A DNA stretch of 11,792 nt from Candidatus Sericytochromatia bacterium (GTDB taxonomy: Bacteria; Cyanobacteriota; Sericytochromatia; S15B-MN24; JAQBPE01): positions 1 through 11,792 of the forward strand of contig JAYKHR010000040.1 in assembly GCA_035285125.1 (NCBI GenBank), written 5' to 3'. The notes beneath the pieces were generated by a model. It did no database searches. It saw nothing but the letters and a program-made list of their open reading frames with translations, and was not told the DNA's origin. Position numbers and translations under genes: made by a program. How positions within the stretch are numbered: the stretch's first letter is position 1; each line of letters begins with the position of its first letter. Shown here piece after piece: positions 6,507-11,792 of the stretch.

Positions 6507-8993
6507 ATGCCAGGCCATCAACGACGGCCCGGGTGGGCGCTCGCTGCAGGGCTGGTGCTTGTGGGGCTGGTGCTCGCCAGCTGTGCGGCGCTGCGGGGCG
6601 CGGCGCCTGGGCTGGTGCTGGGCGTCGGGGCCGTGGACCAGCGCAATCTGGCCGAGCCCCGCGGCATCGACTGGCAGACGCGGCAGATCGCAGCCCGGGG
6701 CCTGGGCGAGCAGCGCCAGGCCTTCGTGGATCGCTGGCAGCGGTCGCTGGCTGCCCTGAAGGCCCTGCCTCGCTTCTCGCTGGCCGCCTCGAGCGCCTGG
6801 CCGACGGCCGTGTCGAACTGGAAGGCGGGCACCACGCCGGGCGTGGCCGTGACCACGCTGAACGCTGCGGCCACCAAGGTCAACAACGCGATGGCCGCGG
6901 GCATGTACTGGGACACGGGGGCCACGCGGCGCCATGTCTTCGCGCTGTCGAACAACGGCCACCTGATGCGCATCCCCTCCGACATGGCGCTCAACACCAC
7001 CAACGTCACGTCGTGCTTCCTGAACAAGACCTTCAACTTCACGGCCGTCGTCCTGAGCCCCGCGTGCACGCGGGCCTACTGCCTCGCCACCGACGGCACC
7101 CTGTTCGTCGTCAACACCGCGGACATGAGCACCGTGCACTCCGTGGCGCTGGGGTCGGGCTCGCCCTCGGCCCACTACCTGGCGCCGGCGCTCGACCCGG
7201 CGTTGAGCCAGCACGACGACCAGCGCGACGTGCTCTACGTGCCGCTCAACGACGGCACGGTCTACAAGGTGGTGTGCGGCGCGGACGGCATCCCTGCCGT
7301 GCAGGGGGCCGCGCACAACGTGGCGACGACGGCCACGGCCCGGACGGGGTGCACGGGCTGCAGCACCTACTCGGGCTACAAGCTCGCGGCCTACGGCGTG
7401 GCCTACAACGGCCACTACTACGTGGGCGACACGGAGGGGGTGTTCCACGACTACACCATCGACAGCGACACGGACGTGAAGTACCCCGTTTCCACGGTGG
7501 CGGGCATCGCGGCGGCGCCTGCGCTGGAGCTGCAGACGGGCTCGTCCGGGGCGCTCGCGATGTCCCATAGCGCGAGCACCATCACGCTGACGGACGGCGA
7601 GGCCCGCCATGCGTTCGTCAACGTGACGCGGGGCTCGGGGCCTTGCTGCGCCTGGATCGACCTCGCGCGGCGCACCGTGAGCTTCTCGCGGCCGCTGTTC
7701 CTCGACGAGAACGACCCGGCGAACGCGGCCTTCGGCTTTGCGGAGAACCACGCCTACAACGTGGCGGCCTCGAGCACCGTCACCATCGACCTGAAGTCCA
7801 CGAGCCCGCAGGGCAAGGCCGTGACGGTCGCGACCAGCGCGACGGGGGACCTCGGCGGGGGCGCCCAGTGGCTCGGCAACAACCTCGAGCCGGCCGCCAA
7901 CGTGGCCGGCGGAGGCGGCACGACGGCGTACTTCCGGGCCGACGCGAGCGGCGTGGCCTCGGACGTGGTGGTGGAGGACGCCGAGGTGGTGGTGACGGCT
8001 GCCGCCAACCGGAACGTCACCACGCCCGTGGTCCGGCGGGTGGGGGGGTACGACGCGAGCGGCTCCACGGGCTACTACCAGCGTGGCACCAGCACCACGT
8101 GGGATGCGGGCAGCAACACGCTCTCGGCGGCCACGGGGCCCACGCTGTTCGATGGTGCGACGGTCAACTGGCAGCGCGTCTTCAGCGCCAGCACCGCCAC
8201 GCACACGGTCACCACCAGCTTCGCGACCAACACCGAGTACACCTGGCGGGTGCAGGACGTGCTGCTCGGCCCCGTGCAGATGGACCACCTCGCCTTCGCG
8301 CTGTATGACCCGGGCAGCCTGACCTTCGGCGGCGCGGCCTCGTTCGACCCGACGGCCACGACGGCGCTGCGCCTCGAGACGGAGACCTGGGCCGCGCGCC
8401 CCTCCTACCCGGTGGAGACGGCGCCGATCCTCGACGCGGCCAACCTCCGCTGCTACGCCTTCGTCGCCAACGTGCTGTTCAGCCTGAAGTACGACGACCA
8501 GACGGCCTGGATGGGGGCGGGTTCGAACCAGCACACGGGCTATCAGGCCGGGCTGCTCGCGCGCACGGTGGCCGGCGATGCCGGCCCGCGAGACGGCAGC
8601 GGCACCTTCTACCGCAGCACCGTGACGCCCGTGCCCGCGTTCAACTTCAAGTACATGCACGTGGTGAGCGCCACGGGCAGCGGCAGCGCCTGGAACATGG
8701 CCGTGTCGCGCCTCCAGCCGTTCAACCTGCAGAACGGGGGCACCCGCGCGAAGCCGAACCAGGACCTCGGCGATGCGGACCGCGACATCTCGGTGGGGGC
8801 CGGCAACGAGGTCGCGACGACGCGGGCCGACACCTTCTCGGCCGGCACCGCCACCTTCCCGTCGAACGAGGCGGCGCGCTACATGGTGATCTCGCCCTAC
8901 GACAACCTCCAGACCAAGGGCGGGGACCTCTACATGGCCCTGAGCGACGGGGGCGCGGGCGTGCCCCGGCTGTTCCGCTTCGGCACGGACTGA
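6507..8993 (+). CDS. Cassette gene A3: large predicted lipoprotein paralogous to A2 (828 aa)
   Basis: AGGAGG-N10-ATG at 6507 gives MPGHQRRPGWALAAGLVLVGLVLAS-C (Cys26 at 6582-6584). Colinear with A2 over the full length (RNLAEPR.IDWQT, VFALSNNG, CTRAYCL, YPVSTVAGIAA.PALELQ, YFRADASG, TGYYQRGT, GPVQMD.LAFA). Confidence 0.9.
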   Translation: MPGHQRRPGWALAAGLVLVGLVLASCAALRGAAPGLVLGVGAVDQRNLAEPRGIDWQTRQIAARGLGEQRQAFVDRWQRSLAALKALPRFSLAASSAWPTAVSNWKAGTTPGVAVTTLNAAATKVNNAMAAGMYWDTGATRRHVFALSNNGHLMRIPSDMALNTTNVTSCFLNKTFNFTAVVLSPACTRAYCLATDGTLFVVNTADMSTVHSVALGSGSPSAHYLAPALDPALSQHDDQRDVLYVPLNDGTVYKVVCGADGIPAVQGAAHNVATTATARTGCTGCSTYSGYKLAAYGVAYNGHYYVGDTEGVFHDYTIDSDTDVKYPVSTVAGIAAAPALELQTGSSGALAMSHSASTITLTDGEARHAFVNVTRGSGPCCAWIDLARRTVSFSRPLFLDENDPANAAFGFAENHAYNVAASSTVTIDLKSTSPQGKAVTVATSATGDLGGGAQWLGNNLEPAANVAGGGGTTAYFRADASGVASDVVVEDAEVVVTAAANRNVTTPVVRRVGGYDASGSTGYYQRGTSTTWDAGSNTLSAATGPTLFDGATVNWQRVFSASTATHTVTTSFATNTEYTWRVQDVLLGPVQMDHLAFALYDPGSLTFGGAASFDPTATTALRLETETWAARPSYPVETAPILDAANLRCYAFVANVLFSLKYDDQTAWMGAGSNQHTGYQAGLLARTVAGDAGPRDGSGTFYRSTVTPVPAFNFKYMHVVSATGSGSAWNMAVSRLQPFNLQNGGTRAKPNQDLGDADRDISVGAGNEVATTRADTFSAGTATFPSNEAARYMVISPYDNLQTKGGDLYMALSDGGAGVPRLFRFGTD

Positions 8994-8996
8994 GCC

Positions 8997-10355
8997 GTGG
9001 GCGGGGTGGTGCGTCGTGGCGTGGTGGTGCTGGCCCTGGCCTGGCCGGCCCAGGGGTGCGCGCCGGGGGCGCCCGCGGGGCTGGGGTGGCGCCTGGTCGT
9101 GGGGGCCGACGCGCAGGCATCAGCGCCTCCGCGGGGAGGGCCCGGCGCCGTGGGGAGCCCGGCGGAGGCCGCGCTGTCTGTCGGCCAGCCCGAGCCGCCG
9201 CCCTGGACGGGCGGGCCACGGGTGCTCACGGTGGGGGCTGGCCGGCCGAGGCCCGTGCGGGGGGGCTGGGTGGCCAGCCTGGACGGCCGGCGCGTCGCGG
9301 CGGGCCCCGACGGCGGCTTCAGCTGGGAGGGGCCCCCTCCCGCCGACGGCACCTGGGTGGTGGGCGCCGAGGGCCACGTGACGTCGCTGGTGGGCGGGCT
9401 GGGGCCCGATGCGCCGCAGGCCTTCCACCTCGTGCCGCTCGCGGCCACCGAGGCCGCGGTGGGCGGGGCGCCTGCGGGCCCGGTGACGCTGACGGGGGTG
9501 GTGCAGGGGCCAGGGGGTGAGGGCCTGCCCGACCTCCTCGTGGTGCTGGGGCTCCCGGGGCGGGCGGGCCCGGCCGTCGCCATCACGGGGGCCGACGGCC
9601 GCTTCACGCTGGCGACCTCGTTGCCCGCGCGCGGCGCCGCGGGGGCCACGCTGATGGCGGCTGGCCCCCGCGGCGGCCACCTCGGCATTGCCACCGGGCT
9701 GGCGCTCACGGGGCGGGACGCGGCCCTGCCGCCGCTCGTCGCCGTGCAGGGCGACCACGCGCTCGAGGTCCGCGTGGCAGGCGTCCCCTCGCTGCCCGCG
9801 CCGCGGATCCAGGTGGTGATGCAGGGGCCCACGGGCGCGGTGCTGACGCTGGAGGGCGGGGCTGAGGTCAGGGTTGCTGACCTGCCGGGCGTGGCCTACG
9901 GGCTGCGGGTGCAGGCCGTGGCGCAGGACGGCGTCAACCTCAGCCGGATCGAGCGGCCGGCCCTGGCGCTCGACTGGGGCCGCCCCCGGACCGTCGTGAC
10001 GGAGGCGCTGCTGGCGCCACCCCAGCTGACGCCGCCCGCCCGGCTGGCGCTGGGGGCCCCGGTCGGCTGGGCGCCCGTCGCCGGCGCCACGGGCTACACC
10101 GTGCAGCTGACGGGCCCCCGCAGCGGAGGCGGCTGGCCCTGGGAGGCCTTCACGGCGAGCCCCGGCGTGGTGCTGGCCCTGCCGGGTGGCCGGCTCGAGC
10201 CCGGCGCGCACCAGCTCGCGGTGTCGGCCTGGGACGCCCCCGGCCTCTCCGCCCGCAGCCTCGCGCAGGCCGGCGTGGCCCGGGCCCTGCGCCGCGTCGA
10301 AGGCGGCGACGCCGGCCTGCGCGTCGCGCGCAGCGAGGTCACGGTCGCCCCCTGA
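8997..10355 (+). CDS. Cassette gene B3: predicted lipoprotein paralogous to B1/B2 (~448-452 aa)
   Basis: GTG start at 8997, or at 9006/9009 (MRRGVVVLALAWPAQG-C, Cys at 9057-9059). The lipobox is less canonical than in the other copies. Same conserved B motifs. Confidence 0.85.
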   Translation: MGGVVRRGVVVLALAWPAQGCAPGAPAGLGWRLVVGADAQASAPPRGGPGAVGSPAEAALSVGQPEPPPWTGGPRVLTVGAGRPRPVRGGWVASLDGRRVAAGPDGGFSWEGPPPADGTWVVGAEGHVTSLVGGLGPDAPQAFHLVPLAATEAAVGGAPAGPVTLTGVVQGPGGEGLPDLLVVLGLPGRAGPAVAITGADGRFTLATSLPARGAAGATLMAAGPRGGHLGIATGLALTGRDAALPPLVAVQGDHALEVRVAGVPSLPAPRIQVVMQGPTGAVLTLEGGAEVRVADLPGVAYGLRVQAVAQDGVNLSRIERPALALDWGRPRTVVTEALLAPPQLTPPARLALGAPVGWAPVAGATGYTVQLTGPRSGGGWPWEAFTASPGVVLALPGGRLEPGAHQLAVSAWDAPGLSARSLAQAGVARALRRVEGGDAGLRVARSEVTVAP

Positions 10356-10359
10356 GGGC

Positions 10360-10413
10360 GGCTGGTCACGGGCGCGGCCCGATCCGCCGGTCGCAGCGCC
10401 GAGCCGATCAGCC
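10360..10413 (+). other. Long imperfect stem-loop after B3, possible transcript 3'-end structure
   Basis: GGCTGGTC (10360-10367) / GATCAGCC (10406-10413) enclose GCGGCC (10374-10379) / GGTCGC (10389-10394). No U-tract. Confidence 0.3.
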
Positions 10414-10414
10414 C

Positions 10415-10443
10415 TTGCCCCCTATATCGGTTCGGTATATAGT
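10415..10443 (+). promoter_or_regulatory. Sigma70-type promoter for the padR-thiolase operon
   Basis: TTGCCC (10415-10420), 17-nt spacer, TATAGT (10438-10443), within the most AT-rich patch of the window. Confidence 0.65.
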
Positions 10444-10479
10444 ATCTCCGATCGATATAGTTATTGTGTATCGATATAG
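10422..10479. promoter_or_regulatory. Putative PadR operator array
   Basis: Inverted repeat CTATAT-N9-ATATAG (10422-10442). Direct repeat ATCGATATAG at 10451-10460 and 10470-10479. CTATATCG (10422-10429) is the exact reverse complement of CGATATAG. Confidence 0.65.
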
Positions 10480-10534
10480 CAAGTCGGGTACAACCCTGGC
10501 ATAAGGTCCTCTTGATCCCACGGGGAGAGCAACG

Positions 10535-11107
10535 GTGCTCGAGCTGGCCATTTTGGGGGTTCTCAAGGAACAGCCGATGCACGGCTACGAGCTGCGACAC
10601 TACCTGTCGTTCATCGTGGGCCACATCTGGCAGCTGAGCTACGGCACGCTCTACCCGGCGCTGCGGCGGCTGGAGCGGCGCGGCGAGCTGACGCGGCAGA
10701 CCATCCGCGACGGCAAGGGCCCCGCACGCCACGTGTACGCCCTGACGCCACAGGGGGAGGCGACCTTCCTGGCGATGATGGCCGAGGTGGCCTCGCCGAC
10801 GGAGATCTCCGACCCGCACAAGTTCACGCTGCGGCTCACGTTCTTCCGCTACCTGGGCCGCGAGGCGCGCGTGGCGCTGCTCGCCCAGCGGCTGAAGTTC
10901 CTGCGTGAGAACCGGGAGAGCCTGGCCGAGATGGAGGAGATCCCGAGCTCGGGCCTCGACCGCTACCGCCGGGCCCTGATCCGCTACCACGCCCATGCCA
11001 ACGCTGAGGAGATCGCCTTCGTCGAGCGCCTGATGCACGACGAGGCCTCGGAGGCCGAGGCGGGCGCCGTTGTTCCCACGACCGGCCAGGCGGCCGGTGC
11101 CGGTTGA
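10535..11107 (+). CDS. PadR-family winged-helix transcriptional regulator (190 aa)
   Basis: LAILGVLKEQPMHGYEL...SYGTLYPALRRLERRGEL...RHVYALTPQGE is the classic PadR signature, followed by a helical C-terminal domain. RBS-like GGGGAGAG at 10522-10529 precedes the GTG. Confidence 0.95.
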   Translation: MLELAILGVLKEQPMHGYELRHYLSFIVGHIWQLSYGTLYPALRRLERRGELTRQTIRDGKGPARHVYALTPQGEATFLAMMAEVASPTEISDPHKFTLRLTFFRYLGREARVALLAQRLKFLRENRESLAEMEEIPSSGLDRYRRALIRYHAHANAEEIAFVERLMHDEASEAEAGAVVPTTGQAAGAG

Positions 11108-11135
11108 AGTCCCCCGTGTTGCGAAAGGTTGAACC

Positions 11136-11792
11136 ATGAGAGAAGTCGTCGTCATCGATGGCGTCCGGACGCCGGTGGCCACGTTCGGCGGTGCCCTGAA
11201 GGACCTCACGGCCCAGGAGCTCGGCCGCATCGTCGTGCGCGAGCTGCTCGACCGCACCAAGATCGACCCGGCCATCGTCGGCGAGGTGGTCTTCGGCTGC
11301 GCCGCGCAGGGCTCCGACGCGCCCAACGTGGCGCGCGTCATCGCGCTGCTCGCGGGCATCCCCAAGGAGGTGCCGGCCTTCACGGTCCACCGCAACTGCG
11401 CCTCGGGCATCCAGGCGATCGTCAGCGGCTACCAGGCCGTCGCGACGGGTGACTGCGACGTGGCCGTCGTCGGCGGCGCGGAGTCGATGAGCAACGCGCC
11501 TTACATCAACCGCGACATGCGCTTCGGCAAGCGGTTGCGCCACTCGCAGCTCATCGACACGCTGTGGGAGGGCCTCAACGACCCCGTCTGCAACCAGCTG
11601 ATGGGCGCGACGGCCGAGAACCTCGTCGAGGAGTTCGGCATCACGCGCGAGGAGCAGGACAAGTACGCCGTCGACTCGCACAAGAAGGCCTTCCGCGCCA
11701 CGCGCGAGGGCAAGTTCAAGGACGAGATGATGACGGTGATGGTGCCGAAGAAGGCCGCCGGCAAGGCCGTCGCGCCCGAGGCCTTCGCGCAG
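11136..11792 (+). CDS. Thiolase (acetyl-CoA C-acyl/acetyltransferase, AtoB/FadA family), 5' part running off the window
   Basis: Absent from the ORF track because it has no stop in the window. ATG 11136 gives MREVVVIDGVRTPVATFGGALKD...VPAFTVHRNCASG (catalytic Cys88 at 11397-11399)...VGGAESMSNAPY...LMGATAENL...ITREEQDKYA. RBS-like AAAGG at 11124-11128. Confidence 0.96.
   Translation, partial: MREVVVIDGVRTPVATFGGALKDLTAQELGRIVVRELLDRTKIDPAIVGEVVFGCAAQGSDAPNVARVIALLAGIPKEVPAFTVHRNCASGIQAIVSGYQAVATGDCDVAVVGGAESMSNAPYINRDMRFGKRLRHSQLIDTLWEGLNDPVCNQLMGATAENLVEEFGITREEQDKYAVDSHKKAFRATREGKFKDEMMTVMVPKKAAGKAVAPEAFAQ

Larger units (their letters stand above)
1..10355 (+). repeat. Diverged tandem triplication of a two-gene lipoprotein cassette (A+B)x3, first unit truncated by the window edge
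   Basis: Shared protein motifs in all three A copies (RPS[FY]xVETAP[LI][IL]DA, NVLF[CS]LK, HTGYQ, PYxN..T.GGDLY, [YF]R[YF]GT) and all three B copies (PRPV..xWV, GPDGxFxWxG, GHxTSxV, GYTV, GWPWEAFT, AWDAPGL, R[AS]LRR). The identical 23-mer GGCTGGCCCTGGGAGGCCTTCAC occurs at 2033-2055, 6116-6138 and 10131-10153. Confidence 0.95.

Noticed and set aside
6477..8660. Long minus-strand ORFs (6477-8660, 2080-3333, 3421-4434, 845-1810, 5258-6361, 9120-10211, 10094-11410, 10836-11681)
   Set aside because: They are antisense shadows of GC-biased + strand genes, with Arg/Gly/His/Val-rich translations and no recognisable motifs.
8991..8999. A3 and B3 are in the same frame separated by a single TGA (TGA GCC GTG), suggesting readthrough or recoding into an A-B fusion
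   Set aside because: A1/B1 and A2/B2 are in different frames and use TAG/TAA stops, and B3 has its own signal peptide. Same-frame adjacency is a one-in-three coincidence.
2033..10153. Repeated 23-mer considered as a CRISPR, REP or DGR template/variable repeat
   Set aside because: The copies are about 4 kb apart and in frame within paralogous genes (GWPWEAFT). There are no spacers, no adenine-specific mismatches, and no cas, reverse transcriptase, recombinase or transposase gene in the window.
1..11792. Taxonomic assignment (the lipoprotein style is reminiscent of high-GC Candidatus Sericytochromatia)
   Set aside because: This is an impression only. No marker gene in the window supports it without a database search.

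Overview
Very GC-rich bacterial DNA with all credible genes on the + strand. Bases 1-10355 are three diverged tandem copies of a two-gene cassette, A+B, with a period of about 4.0-4.2 kb: A1 (5'-truncated)-B1-A2-B2-A3-B3. Gene A encodes an ~830-850 aa predicted lipoprotein that looks like a beta-propeller interrupted by a DNRLRE/CBM96-like beta-sandwich. Gene B encodes an ~450-480 aa predicted lipoprotein, almost lysine-free, with a Pro/Ala/Gly linker, two carboxypeptidase-regulatory-like domains and a C-terminal FnIII-like domain. B1 and B2 carry in-frame G13 and G12 tracts in the linker just after the signal peptide, while B3 has an interrupted run, which suggests phase variation. A2 and A3 each have their own RBS and a shared promoter-like motif. 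Downstream are an AT-rich promoter/operator, a PadR-family regulator and the 5' part of a thiolase. I recognise no named system matching the A+B array, so it is the main candidate for an undescribed, possibly phase-variable, surface lipoprotein system. All domain calls are by-eye motif recognition, not database results.
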